DNA of 64,000 nt, from positions 138,840-202,839 of the forward strand of contig CAKKPP010000003.1 of assembly GCA_919901745.1 (NCBI GenBank). Direction: 5' to 3'. The DNA comes from Chloroflexota bacterium (lineage in GTDB: Bacteria > Chloroflexota > Limnocylindria > Limnocylindrales > CSP1-4). Of the stretch, positions 1 to 9,163 are shown one piece after another; the first letter of the stretch is position 1, and each line of letters starts with the position of its first letter. The notes under the pieces are model-generated. The model searched no databases. It had not been told where the DNA came from and worked only from the letters and a program-made list of their open reading frames with translations. The position numbers and the translations under genes were made by a program.

Positions 1-2783
1 ACCAGGACGCAGAGCAGAGCCAGCACCTTGCGCCGCAGTGACGAACCGGACACGCGCTCCGTGCCGATCCGAATCTCAATCCGGCCCTGATCCTCAAGGA
101 CGACCCGTGGCGCCAGCCGGCGCGCCAGCCGGCGCCCGAGACGTTGTCCCGAATGTCCCGGGAGGCGGATCGCGGCCTGGTGGAGGAGGGCAATGTCGGA
201 GGGCTCGCCGATCTCGTCGAGCAGCCCACCGGCAAGGTGGCGGAGTCGGATGTCTGATCCGGCTATGGCCGATCGAAGGAGCGGTCGCCATCGTTCCGGT
301 CGACGTCGGGCCTCGCTCTCGATGGCACCCACGGCCTTCCCGTCGAGCTCATCCGCCCGATCGAATACAGGCTCCGCGAGAATGCTGAGGATCGCCGGAT
401 CCTGCTCGGCGACGGGGAGGACGTGACCGTTCAGCTCGGCGCGGTTCCCCTCGAGGCCCAGCAGGACGCTCGCGTACCTCGCCCAGAACCATGAACCCTG
501 GCGCAGGGCGAGGCGACGGGCGGTTTCCGCAAGTGCCCCGCCGTCGTGTGCCCCTTGAAGCACCGCGAGATGGGCTCGCGTGCACAGGATTCGCGCCTCG
601 GCGCAGACGACCGACCGAAGCGGACGATCCGAGAGCGTGTCGGCCAACTCGGCGGCGCGCACCAGTTCGCGGCGGCGAAGGGCCAAGGCAAGTTCTGCCA
701 GCACGTGCAGGCCCGCGAAGTCCGGCAGGAGGCCGTCCCAGGCCGTGTCGGCGACGATCGCCGCGGCAGCCGTATCGCTCCCGTACCAGGTCTCCAGGTC
801 GGCCGCGATCGCGGCGCTCTCGAGGGCGTGGGCCGACGTCGCATGGCGGCGAGCCGCGCGCACCGACTGGCGCCCCTCCTCCAACCGCCCGAGGTGGGCA
901 AGGGCCCAGCCGCGGACGAGGCGGGCGGTGCCCAGCTCGAACCCGGCCGACGGTCCATCGAGCAACTCGATGGCGAGGTCAGCGCGCTCGAGCGTACGAT
1001 CCGCGTCGCCGATCGCTCGCATCACCTCGGCGGCGTTCGCATGGCTGATCCCCAGGTAGTGCAGCTGCCCGTTTGCCTCGTTGATCCGCACCACGCGCTC
1101 GACGGCTTCAAGGGCCACGCCCAGGTTTCCGGTTCCACAGGTCTCGATCAGGCGATGTGTGGCGTCGGCGATGGCCAACAGCGTTTCGTCCGAACCGAGG
1201 CGGACCAATCGCTGGTGGAGGTCCAGCGCTTCCTGGACGCGACCGACGTCCAGCGCGATCGTCATGGCATTGAGCGTGGCCCACTCTGAATCGGGGAACC
1301 GCTCCACCACATCGTTGGCGATCCGTCGCGCCGTCGCCGCATCGCCGCGTTGGAGCTCGGTGCGGGCACGGATGATGTCGATCGCCTCGGACGTCGTACC
1401 GTGCGGGAGCGCCCCGACGTAGGCGCCCGCGCTCGAATACGCCCCGCTGCCCATGATCTGGCCGAGGCTGCTGCCGAGGACTCGAACGATCGCCGCAGGG
1501 TCCTCTGCGCGAGCGTAGTGACGACAGGCGAGCTGCCAGTCGCGGCCCTCAGCCCAGATGGCAAGTGCCTGATGGATGTGCCGAATGTCTGCGCGCTCGA
1601 CTGCACCCTCGAGCCGATGTGCCAGGAAGTCCCGAACGAGCGGGTGATACCGATGCCCGGATCGGGTCGATCCACCAGATCGAACGAGCAGGCCGAGGGC
1701 CTCGGCCTGGCCGATGAGCACTCGCACCTGCGGTCCATCAAGGCCGGCGGCGATTGCGGCGAGGTCCGTCGTCACGGTCTCGAGCGTGGACGTGCGCATG
1801 AGGAACGACTGCAGTGCCGGATCGAGGTCGCCAACGACCTCCTCGGCCAGATAGTCGTAGAGATTGCCCTCCGCGCCGCTGAGGGAGCGGACGAACTGCC
1901 GAACTTCGATCCGGCCCCGGTCGCGAACGGCCGCATGCACGAGGGCCAGCGACGCTGCCCAACCCTCCGTCCGGCGCGACAGATCGGCAGCGACGTCGGG
2001 CGCCAGCGGTTGGCGGTAGACGTCGCGAAAGAGGCGGTCGGTTTCGCGCGGGTCGAATCGAAGCATCTCGGTCCCGAGTTCGGCAACCTCCCCGCGCGAC
2101 CGCAGCCTCCCGAGTGCGACGGCGGGCTCACGCCGCCCGGCCAGGACGAACGTGACACGCTCAGGCGCACCGGCCACGAGCACTCGGAGGATCTCGGCGA
2201 TCTCGGGGACGTCATCGACGGCGGGAACGTCATCGAGAATGAACGCCGTCCCGTCGTCGGGCAGGGCCGTCAGGTCTGCCAGGAACGCACCGACCACGGC
2301 ATCAAGGCGTGGTCCGCCCGGACTCGGATCCGCCAGCATTGCCGCGGCCTGCTGTCCAAAGTCTGGTTCGCGACGACGTGCTGAAGCCACGAGGTGGCTC
2401 ATGAACGCCGCCCAATCACGATCGAGCTCGTCGAGCCGGTACCAGAGCGTGCGGATCCGGGTGCGGCGCGAGAAATCCGCGAGGAGGGTCGTCTTGCCGA
2501 AGCCGGCCTCCGCCACCACGAGAACAACCCTGCGATGGATCTTCGTCGCAAGCCACTCGAGCAAGCGTGGTCGCTCGAGGATGTCGCCGCCGAGAAGCGG
2601 TGCCTCGACCTTGCTGGTCTGGATGGGAACCCTGTCGGGCTCAGGCACGGCCACTGGCCCATCCCCCTTGGGCCGGCCCATCCCCCGCGATCGTCCTGTG
2701 TGGGCCGGTACCGCCGCGGGCGCGTGGGGCAGCGCGAGCGACTCTTGGATGGCGGCACGGTTCAAGCCAGGCATGCCCGGCAT
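1..2783 (-). CDS. Large STAND/AAA+ ATPase regulatory protein (MalT/AfsR-like), partial; C-terminus beyond left edge
   Basis: Not in the ORF track because there is no stop inside the window. Manual translation of the minus strand gives an uninterrupted frame of more than 925 aa from ATG at 2783 (alternatives 2774, 2681), with an upstream in-frame stop at 2799-2801. Walker A VVLVVAEAGFGKTTLL (about 2489-2515), Walker B-like AFILDDV, then long helical TPR-like repeats. The last visible residues (RIEIRIGTERVSGSSLRRKVLALLCVLV, coordinates about 1-90) resemble a SARP/OmpR-type winged-helix segment. Confidence 0.6.
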   Translation of the reverse strand, partial: MPGMPGLNRAAIQESLALPHAPAAVPAHTGRSRGMGRPKGDGPVAVPEPDRVPIQTSKVEAPLLGGDILERPRLLEWLATKIHRRVVLVVAEAGFGKTTLLADFSRRTRIRTLWYRLDELDRDWAAFMSHLVASARRREPDFGQQAAAMLADPSPGGPRLDAVVGAFLADLTALPDDGTAFILDDVPAVDDVPEIAEILRVLVAGAPERVTFVLAGRREPAVALGRLRSRGEVAELGTEMLRFDPRETDRLFRDVYRQPLAPDVAADLSRRTEGWAASLALVHAAVRDRGRIEVRQFVRSLSGAEGNLYDYLAEEVVGDLDPALQSFLMRTSTLETVTTDLAAIAAGLDGPQVRVLIGQAEALGLLVRSGGSTRSGHRYHPLVRDFLAHRLEGAVERADIRHIHQALAIWAEGRDWQLACRHYARAEDPAAIVRVLGSSLGQIMGSGAYSSAGAYVGALPHGTTSEAIDIIRARTELQRGDAATARRIANDVVERFPDSEWATLNAMTIALDVGRVQEALDLHQRLVRLGSDETLLAIADATHRLIETCGTGNLGVALEAVERVVRINEANGQLHYLGISHANAAEVMRAIGDADRTLERADLAIELLDGPSAGFELGTARLVRGWALAHLGRLEEGRQSVRAARRHATSAHALESAAIAADLETWYGSDTAAAAIVADTAWDGLLPDFAGLHVLAELALALRRRELVRAAELADTLSDRPLRSVVCAEARILCTRAHLAVLQGAHDGGALAETARRLALRQGSWFWARYASVLLGLEGNRAELNGHVLPVAEQDPAILSILAEPVFDRADELDGKAVGAIESEARRRPERWRPLLRSAIAGSDIRLRHLAGGLLDEIGEPSDIALLHQAAIRLPGHSGQRLGRRLARRLAPRVVLEDQGRIEIRIGTERVSGSSLRRKVLALLCVL

Positions 2784-2837
2784 GTTGGCCGCACGGGCTC
2801 ATCATGCGCTTAGCTACGCGGCGCGATCCGCGGGTCC

Positions 2838-3041
2838 CTAGTCCTCGTACTCGAAGCCGATCTTGAGATCGACCTGGTACTCGACGATCTCGCCGTCCTC
2901 GACCACGGCCATGGACTTGACGACCTCGACGGTCCTGATATTGCGGACCGTCCGCGAGGCCGTCGCCACCGCCTTGCGCGCCGCGTCGCTCCACGACGTC
3001 GGACTCGTCCCGACCATCTCCCGGACGATGATCACGCCCAT
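2838..3041 (-). CDS. Dodecin family protein (67 aa)
   Basis: MGVIIVREMVGTSPTSWSDAARKAVATASRTVRNIRTVEVVKSMAVVEDGEIVEYQVDLKIGFEYED matches the dodecin pattern and size. Strong SD GGAGGAGGAG sits 6 nt upstream of ATG 3041. The track ORF (to 3335) is an N-terminal over-extension. Confidence 0.8.
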   Translation of the reverse strand: MGVIIVREMVGTSPTSWSDAARKAVATASRTVRNIRTVEVVKSMAVVEDGEIVEYQVDLKIGFEYED

Positions 3042-3075
3042 GGCGCTCCTCCTCCCCGCCCTCTCGGGCCTCTTC

Positions 3076-3543
3076 TCACACCGTGATGATCGCGTCCGTC
3101 GACCCGGCCCTGACCTTGTCGAAACACGAGCTGCAGTACACGGGCCGGTCGCTCCGTGGCGCAAACGGGACCACGGCCTGACCTTCGCATGCCGCGCAGA
3201 TGGCCGTATGGAACTCGCGAGGTCCACCGGCGGTGCGCGCCTGTCGAGCCGCTTGCCGACACGGAGCGCAACGTTGCGGGTCGTTGACCAGGCCCTTCGC
3301 GGCGAAGAACGACTGCTCACCCGATGAGAAGCCAAACGCCGCGTGACAGTCGCGGCAGGTCAGGGTTCGATCCTCGTACACGTCCGGCGCTCCTCCTAAG
3401 CCCCACGCATCGATAGCGGCGACGATACGAGGGACGTCAAGGGTCTTCCAGCGGCTGGCGCGCCACGAGGCCCTGAACGTTGCGTCGGCGCACCACTGAT
3501 CGTCGGGGAACTGCAGGTCGCGCTGGAACGTCCGTGACGGCAT
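3076..3543 (-). CDS. Zinc-ribbon protein with two CxxC-x17-CxxC repeats
   Basis: TCRDCHAAFGFSSGEQSFFAAKGLVNDPQRCAPCR and ICAACEGQAVVPFAPRSDRPVYCSSCF motifs. Start assigned to MPSRTF (ATG 3543); the track start 3681 looks extended. Confidence 0.55.
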   Translation of the reverse strand: MPSRTFQRDLQFPDDQWCADATFRASWRASRWKTLDVPRIVAAIDAWGLGGAPDVYEDRTLTCRDCHAAFGFSSGEQSFFAAKGLVNDPQRCAPCRQAARQARTAGGPREFHTAICAACEGQAVVPFAPRSDRPVYCSSCFDKVRAGSTDAIITV

Positions 3544-4426
3544 GACGTCGCCCCGCCGCTCCGCCCATCGGGCCATCCTGCCCATCGCGCTGCTCGTTGC
3601 CGCCTGCAGCGGCGCCGTCGGTCCGAGCGGGATCGCACCGTCGGCATCGCCCGGTCCGACCGACACGCCGGTCGGAACCATCGCTCACCCCGATGGCCCG
3701 ACCGATGTGATTCTCCGGCTCGAGGAGGGCGGCGGGTTCGTGCCCTTTGGCTTTCTGCTGACCCAGGCACCGGAATTCACGCTGTACGGCGACGGCACGG
3801 CCATCGTGCGCAACGAGCGCCAGGATCCGCTCCCGGACAGCGGCGGGGTCGCGCGGATGCACCCCTTCCGGACCGTACAGCTCGCCGAGGCGGACATCCA
3901 GGCGCTCCTGTCCTTCGCGCTTGTCCAGGGCGGCCTCGGGTCGGCGCGGCCCCACTACGAGCACAACCAGGTCGCGGATGCCCCATCGGCAGTGTTCACG
4001 ATCGATGCCGACGGAGCCAGGAAGGTTGTCGAGGTCTATGCCCTGGGCATCGACGGTGCCCCTGCCCTCGACGTCGAGGCGAGACGGGCGTTCATGGACC
4101 TCGCCGACCGGCTGCGAAGCCTGGCCGCCGATCCGCAATTCGCCACAGCGGCGTACCAGCCCCAGGGGTATCGGGCCGTCCTCTCGGAAGGGTTCGAGGG
4201 CAACCCCGAGCGGCCATGGCCATGGCCGGCCATCGCACCGGACGCGTTCGGACCCGCCAATCCGAACGGACCGTTCCTGCTGCAGCGCGTCCTCAGCCCG
4301 GCCGAAGTGGCCGCCATCGGGGTCGAGGGATTCGAGGGTGGACTCCTGAACGCGATGCTGCGCGGGACGGATGGGACGCTCTACGCGCTGTCGACGCGTC
4401 CGTTGCTGCCCGAAGAGGCCGAATAG
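3542..4426 (+). CDS. Lipoprotein, hypothetical
   Basis: Signal peptide with lipobox LLVAAC|SG; high GC3 throughout; 294 aa. The start overlaps the divergent gene start (catg at 3541-3544). Confidence 0.6.
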   Translation: MTSPRRSAHRAILPIALLVAACSGAVGPSGIAPSASPGPTDTPVGTIAHPDGPTDVILRLEEGGGFVPFGFLLTQAPEFTLYGDGTAIVRNERQDPLPDSGGVARMHPFRTVQLAEADIQALLSFALVQGGLGSARPHYEHNQVADAPSAVFTIDADGARKVVEVYALGIDGAPALDVEARRAFMDLADRLRSLAADPQFATAAYQPQGYRAVLSEGFEGNPERPWPWPAIAPDAFGPANPNGPFLLQRVLSPAEVAAIGVEGFEGGLLNAMLRGTDGTLYALSTRPLLPEEAE

Positions 4427-4450
4427 CTGCCGGCACCGCTCCGTTGGCGG

Positions 4451-5908
4451 TTAGCCGGCCTCCGCGTAGCGCTCTCCGGCATAGGACACGAATCGTGTCT
4501 GACGCTTCTTGAACCAGAGCTGGACCTCGCCGGTTGGGCCGTTGCGGTGCTTGGCGAGTTTCAGGTGGATCACCTCACCATCGGCCGAATCTGACTCTTC
4601 GCCGGCCCGCTCCTTGTCGCGCCACAGGAACATGACGAGGTCGGCGTCCTGTTCGATGGCGCCCGACTCGCGCAGGTCCGACAGCCGCGGTTCCTTCGAC
4701 TCGCGCATCTCGGGCTGGCGCGACAGCTGCGACAGGGCCACCACGGGCACCGACAGCTCACGGGCAAGGGCCTTGAGGCCGCGCGAGATCTCCGAGACCT
4801 CCTGGACGCGGTTTGCATCCCGTGAGGTGGTGGTCGCCTGCATGAGTTGCAGGTAGTCGACGATGATGAGATCCAGGCCGGACTCCGCCTGGAGGCGGCG
4901 GGCCTTGGTGCGGAGCTCCATCGTGGAGATGCTCGGCGTGTCGTCGATGTAGATGGGCGCCTCGGACAGGGCATTCATGGCGGGGGCGATCCGCGCGAAG
5001 TCGAGCTCTTCGAGAAAGCCGTTGCGCAGGCGCTGTGAGTCGATGTTGGCGACGCTCGACAACAACCGCAGGACGAGCTGCTCCTTGCTCATCTCGAGAC
5101 TGAAGATCCCGACGTGCTGCTTGTCGCGAACAGCCGCGTGCTCGGCAATGTTGAGGGCAAAGCTCGTCTTCCCGACGGACGGACGGGCGGCGAGGACGAC
5201 GAGGTCGCTCTTTTGGAGCCCGGTCGTCAGCGCATCGAGATCGTTGAAGCCGCTCCGGACGCCGCTGATCTCGCCACGATGGGCATGCAGGTAGTCGAGC
5301 CGGTCGTAGGCCGAATGCAGGAGCGAATCCAGCCGGGTGAAGCCGGCCGTGACCCGTCGGTTGCTGACCTGGAAGAGTTCGCTCTCCGCGCGGTCGACTG
5401 CCTCCTGGATCTCCGCCGGGTCCTCGTAGCCGATCCCGGCGATCCGACCCGCGGCCGAGATCAGGTTGCGCAGCACCGCCTTGCGCTCGACGATCCGAGC
5501 ATATTGGCTGGCGTGTACGGCCGTAGGCGTCTGGCTCGAGAGGCTCGACAGGTAGGCCCGGCCGCCGATGCCCTCCAACTCGTCGTTCCGCTCGAGGACT
5601 TCGGCGACGGTGACGATGTCGACCGGCTCCCGCCGCTCGTAGAGATCGAGCATGGCCCGGTAGACCGTGGCGTGGGCCTGTCGATAGAAGTCCTCCGGAT
5701 GGAGGAAGTCGGCGACCTCAATGACCGTGTCACGGTCGATGAGGATGGCACCGAGAACCGACTGCTCGGCCTCGATGCTCTGCGGGGGAAGACGGTCGAT
5801 CACGCGGCGGTTACGCTCCAATGACAGGGTCTGGTCCGCCGTCCATTGTCGCGGGCGACCGTGCCCATCCCTCAACGAAAGACCTCGGGCGGTCTGGACC
5901 TCGTCCAC
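4451..5908 (-). CDS. dnaB: Replicative DNA helicase DnaB
   Basis: N-terminal PPQSIEAEQSVLGAIL, Walker A ARPSVGKTSFAL, the RecA-like C-terminal domain motifs, 485 aa, no intein. Confidence 0.9.
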   Translation of the reverse strand: MDEVQTARGLSLRDGHGRPRQWTADQTLSLERNRRVIDRLPPQSIEAEQSVLGAILIDRDTVIEVADFLHPEDFYRQAHATVYRAMLDLYERREPVDIVTVAEVLERNDELEGIGGRAYLSSLSSQTPTAVHASQYARIVERKAVLRNLISAAGRIAGIGYEDPAEIQEAVDRAESELFQVSNRRVTAGFTRLDSLLHSAYDRLDYLHAHRGEISGVRSGFNDLDALTTGLQKSDLVVLAARPSVGKTSFALNIAEHAAVRDKQHVGIFSLEMSKEQLVLRLLSSVANIDSQRLRNGFLEELDFARIAPAMNALSEAPIYIDDTPSISTMELRTKARRLQAESGLDLIIVDYLQLMQATTTSRDANRVQEVSEISRGLKALARELSVPVVALSQLSRQPEMRESKEPRLSDLRESGAIEQDADLVMFLWRDKERAGEESDSADGEVIHLKLAKHRNGPTGEVQLWFKKRQTRFVSYAGERYAEAG

Positions 5909-5962
5909 GACTTCGAACGGCCTGTGGGCGATCTGTGGACGAACCCTGTGGATATCCCCAGC

Positions 5963-6613
5963 TCAGTCCAGGCGGCGGATGACGCCGATGAGCTTGCCCT
6001 GGATGCGTACGTCCGCGTAGAACTGGGGAGCGTAGTTGGGGTTCGCGGGCTGCAGCCGAATGCGGTCTTTCTCGCGAAAGTAGCGCTTGAGCGTGACGGC
6101 GTTGTCATCGACCTGGGCCACCACGATGTCGCCGTTCCGGGCGGTGGACTGGGGCCTGATGAGGACGAAGTCCCCGTCGGCGATGTGCTCCTCGATCATC
6201 GAATCACCGCGGACCTTGAGCACGTAGGCATCGCCGCTGGGGGCCAGAAGATCCGGCACGGCCATCGTCTCCGAGGCGTCCTGATAGGCCTCGATCGGAC
6301 CGCCGGCTGCAATTTCACCGACGATCGGGAGGACGTGCGCCTGGGCTGCGGCAGATTGCGGCACCAGCTCCGACGACAGACCGAGTTCAATCGCCGCCGT
6401 CGGCGTCAGCCGGATCGCCCGTGACTGCGCCGCGCCGCGCTCGAGGTACCCCTCCCGCTCGAGTGCCTGGAGGTGGTGGTGGACGGCCGACGTCGACGCA
6501 AGGCCCACGGCGCGTGCAATCTCGCGCACCGACGGCGGGTAGCCCCGTGCCCGCAGCGTGCCGGCGATATGGTCCAGGATCTTTCGCTTGCGGTCAGCGT
6601 CGTGTTTGGTCAC
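5963..6613 (-). CDS. lexA: LexA repressor
   Basis: N-terminal winged HTH (ILDHIAGTLRARGYPPSVREIARAVGL), Ala-Gly cleavage site region, Ser/Lys peptidase domain (VRGDSM...KRY). GTG start at 6613. Confidence 0.92.
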   Translation of the reverse strand: MTKHDADRKRKILDHIAGTLRARGYPPSVREIARAVGLASTSAVHHHLQALEREGYLERGAAQSRAIRLTPTAAIELGLSSELVPQSAAAQAHVLPIVGEIAAGGPIEAYQDASETMAVPDLLAPSGDAYVLKVRGDSMIEEHIADGDFVLIRPQSTARNGDIVVAQVDDNAVTLKRYFREKDRIRLQPANPNYAPQFYADVRIQGKLIGVIRRLD

Positions 6614-6640
6614 TCGGGCTCTCCTTCGGACTCATGATAC

Positions 6641-6654
6641 CGAACGAACGTTCG
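6641..6654. promoter_or_regulatory. SOS (Cheo-type) box CGAACGAACGTTCG
   Basis: Matches the Gram-positive/actinobacterial LexA consensus CGAAC-RNRY-GTTCG. It lies 28 nt upstream of the lexA start and between lexA and the divergent CoA-transferase gene. Confidence 0.7.
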
Positions 6655-6704
6655 ATGTCAAGCTGGGGCTTCGAGCCCACGAACCGCCCGCTACCATCAC
6701 GGGT

Positions 6705-7982
6705 ATGGCAGTCTCCGATCGGCCGGGTCCGGGTCCGCTGACCGGGTTGCGTGTCGTGGACCTGTCGACGGTGCTGGCGGGGCCGTTCTGCACGATGCTG
6801 CTCGGCGACCTCGGGGCCGACATCGTCAAGGTCGAGCCGCCGGAGGGCGATGCCACCCGTGGTTGGGGACCGCCATGGGTGGGCTCGGTGCCCGAGGGGA
6901 CCCGGACGGCGGCCTACTACCTGTCGGTCAATCGAAACAAGCGGAGCCTGTGTCTCGATCTGAAGCAGGCCGCCGGTCGCGAGGTGCTGGCCCGACTCCT
7001 CGGGGATGCCGACGTCGTCGTCGAGAACTACCGCGTGGGTGGGTTCGCCCGGCTGGGGTTTCCGGATGATGAGCTGGAGCGCATCAACCCGCGGCTGATT
7101 CACCTCGCGATCAGCGGGTACGGGCCGACAGGCCCCGATCGCGACCGACCCGGCTACGACTTCATTGCCCAGGCCGTGGGCGGGCTCATGTCGATCACCG
7201 GTGGGCCGGCGGAAGCTGGTGGTGGTCCCACAAAAGTGGGCGTCGCGATCAGCGATGTCGCGACGGGGCTGTTCGGTGCGGTGAGCGTTCTCGCTGCGCT
7301 TGTCGGGCCGCGACGCGACGTGTCGGCAGCGGCCGGTGGGGTGGGGCGCGACGGCGTTGCCGGGCAGCGGATCGACGTGTCGCTGCTCGAGTCAACCCTC
7401 GCGATCCTCGTCAACCAGGCCCAGAACGCGTTCGTCAGCGGCCGCGCCCCGGGTCGGCGCGGCAACGCGCACCCGAACATCGTCCCGTACGAGACGTTCG
7501 AGACGGTCGACGGCGCGATCGCCGTCGCCGTTGGTAGCGAACGGCAATGGGGTCGGCTGTGCACGGCGCTCGGCCTTCCTGCTCTGGCCGACGATCCACG
7601 CTTCGCGACGAACGGCGATCGCGTCGAGGCCCGCGACGAACTCGTCCCGACCCTCGCCGCGCGATTCGCGGAGCGTCCGACGGCCGACTGGCTCGTGGCG
7701 CTCGACGCGGCCGGGATCCCGTGTGGGCCGATCAACGACATCGTCGACGCCTATGGGTCAGCGCAGGCGAAGGCGCGCGGGATGCGCGTTTCAGTCGCCC
7801 ATCCGGTCCTCGGTGAGATCGCGCAGACCGGCCTCGCCTTCACCTTGTCCGGCACGCCCGCAAGCATCCGATCCGCGCCACCGCTCCTCGGCGAACACAC
7901 CGACGACATCCTGATCGAGGTGGGTCTCGATGCCGAAGCGATCGCCGGGCTTCGGGCCGGCGGCGTGATCCCTCCGTCCTGA
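6705..7982 (+). CDS. CoA-transferase family III (CaiB/BaiF-type)
   Basis: LTGLRVVDLSTVLAGPFCTMLLGDLGADIVKVEPPEGD and the conserved Asp region; 425 aa. Track start 6558 is extended through the lexA promoter. Confidence 0.85.
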   Translation: MAVSDRPGPGPLTGLRVVDLSTVLAGPFCTMLLGDLGADIVKVEPPEGDATRGWGPPWVGSVPEGTRTAAYYLSVNRNKRSLCLDLKQAAGREVLARLLGDADVVVENYRVGGFARLGFPDDELERINPRLIHLAISGYGPTGPDRDRPGYDFIAQAVGGLMSITGGPAEAGGGPTKVGVAISDVATGLFGAVSVLAALVGPRRDVSAAAGGVGRDGVAGQRIDVSLLESTLAILVNQAQNAFVSGRAPGRRGNAHPNIVPYETFETVDGAIAVAVGSERQWGRLCTALGLPALADDPRFATNGDRVEARDELVPTLAARFAERPTADWLVALDAAGIPCGPINDIVDAYGSAQAKARGMRVSVAHPVLGEIAQTGLAFTLSGTPASIRSAPPLLGEHTDDILIEVGLDAEAIAGLRAGGVIPPS

Positions 7983-8169
7983 GGATGTCTTGCCGCCGCC
8001 GCGCTCCTCAGGGCGGTACGGAGCGGGGTCGGCGTCCACCCCATCGCTGATTACTCCCACTCGTGAGATCGGGGCTCAGTGAGCGTGACAGGTCACCGAT
8101 TCTGACGATCTTGGTGTCGTGCCACGCTCGCTACGTCCGGATCTCATTACCCGGGCTCATCAAGAGGGC

Positions 8170-8201
8170 AGGGGCGGGCGCAGCCAGGGGCGGGCGCAGC
8201 C
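8170..8201. repeat. Perfect 16-bp tandem duplication (AGGGGCGGGCGCAGCC x2)
   Basis: Read directly in the intergenic region. Confidence 0.9.
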
Positions 8202-8258
8202 ACCGGGACCTCGAAAATATGCCCCCGAGGCATATCGTCGGCTTCGTCGACGTCGTCC

Positions 8259-8296
8259 GGCTGCCTCGCCGAGCGGCTGCCTCGCCGAGCGGCTGC
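8259..8296. repeat. 16-bp tandem repeat GGCTGCCTCGCCGAGC x2.4
   Basis: Read directly; 37 nt upstream of the SDR gene start. Confidence 0.9.
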
Positions 8297-8332
8297 TAGA
8301 CTCGGCCGCGATCGAGAACCACGGAGGAACCG

Positions 8333-9154
8333 ATGACCGACGACCGTGAGCGCTGGGCCCTGATCCTCGGAGGATCGTCGGGGATGGGCGAGGCCACGGC
8401 CGTCACGCTGGCCCGGGCCGGATACAACATCTGCGGGATCCATCTCGACTTCCGCGCGGCCCTCGCGCACGTCGAGGAGGTCAAGACCGCAATCATCGCG
8501 GCGGGTTCCGAGGCGCTCTACATCAACATGAACGCGGCCGACGACGCGAAGAGGTCGGCGGCCCTCGACGCGCTCGAGGCGCGCTTCGCCGAAGCGAGAG
8601 CCGCCGGGCGACATCCGTACGTGCGCGTGGTCATGCACTCGCTGGCGTTCGGATCGCTGGTCCCGTTCATCAGCGATGATCCGAAGGGCGCCGTCGATCG
8701 CAAGAAGATGGAGATGACCCAGGACGTCATGGCGAACAGCCTCGTCTACTGGGTGCAGGACCTCTACCGACGCGGGTTTCTCGAGCAGGGCTCGAAGATC
8801 TACGCGATGACGTCCGAGGGGTCCACCCGGGTCGTGCCCTCGTACGGCGTGGTGTCGTCGGCCAAGGCGGCCCTCGAGAGCCACATCCGCCAGCTCGCGA
8901 TGGAGCTGGCCCGCACGGGCAGCGGCATCACCGCGAACTGCATCCGGGCCGGCGTGACGATCACGCCCGCACTGCTCAAGATTCCCGAGTCCCAGCAGAT
9001 GATCGACATCACGATGAAGCGCAATCCCACCGGCCGGATGACGACCCCGCAGGATGTCGCCAACGTGATCCTTGCCATGTCCGGCGACGGCACCGAGTTC
9101 ATCAACGGCGACATCATCAGCGTCGATGGCGGGGAGTACGTCACCGGCTCGTAA
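8333..9154 (+). CDS. Enoyl-ACP-reductase-like SDR (FabI/FabL family)
   Basis: Rossmann N-terminus ILGGSSGMGEATA, catalytic Tyr-x6-Lys (SYGVVSSAK) typical of FabI-type reductases. RBS GGAGGA 5 nt upstream of the ATG. Confidence 0.7.
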   Translation: MTDDRERWALILGGSSGMGEATAVTLARAGYNICGIHLDFRAALAHVEEVKTAIIAAGSEALYINMNAADDAKRSAALDALEARFAEARAAGRHPYVRVVMHSLAFGSLVPFISDDPKGAVDRKKMEMTQDVMANSLVYWVQDLYRRGFLEQGSKIYAMTSEGSTRVVPSYGVVSSAKAALESHIRQLAMELARTGSGITANCIRAGVTITPALLKIPESQQMIDITMKRNPTGRMTTPQDVANVILAMSGDGTEFINGDIISVDGGEYVTGS

Positions 9155-9163
9155 GGCCGTCGG

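Noticed and set aside
546-2384. Track ORFs 546..1289(+) and 1350..2384(+), 247 and 344 aa
   Set aside because: They lie antisense to the manually recovered STAND ATPase gene; Arg/Gly-rich junk composition; no motifs.
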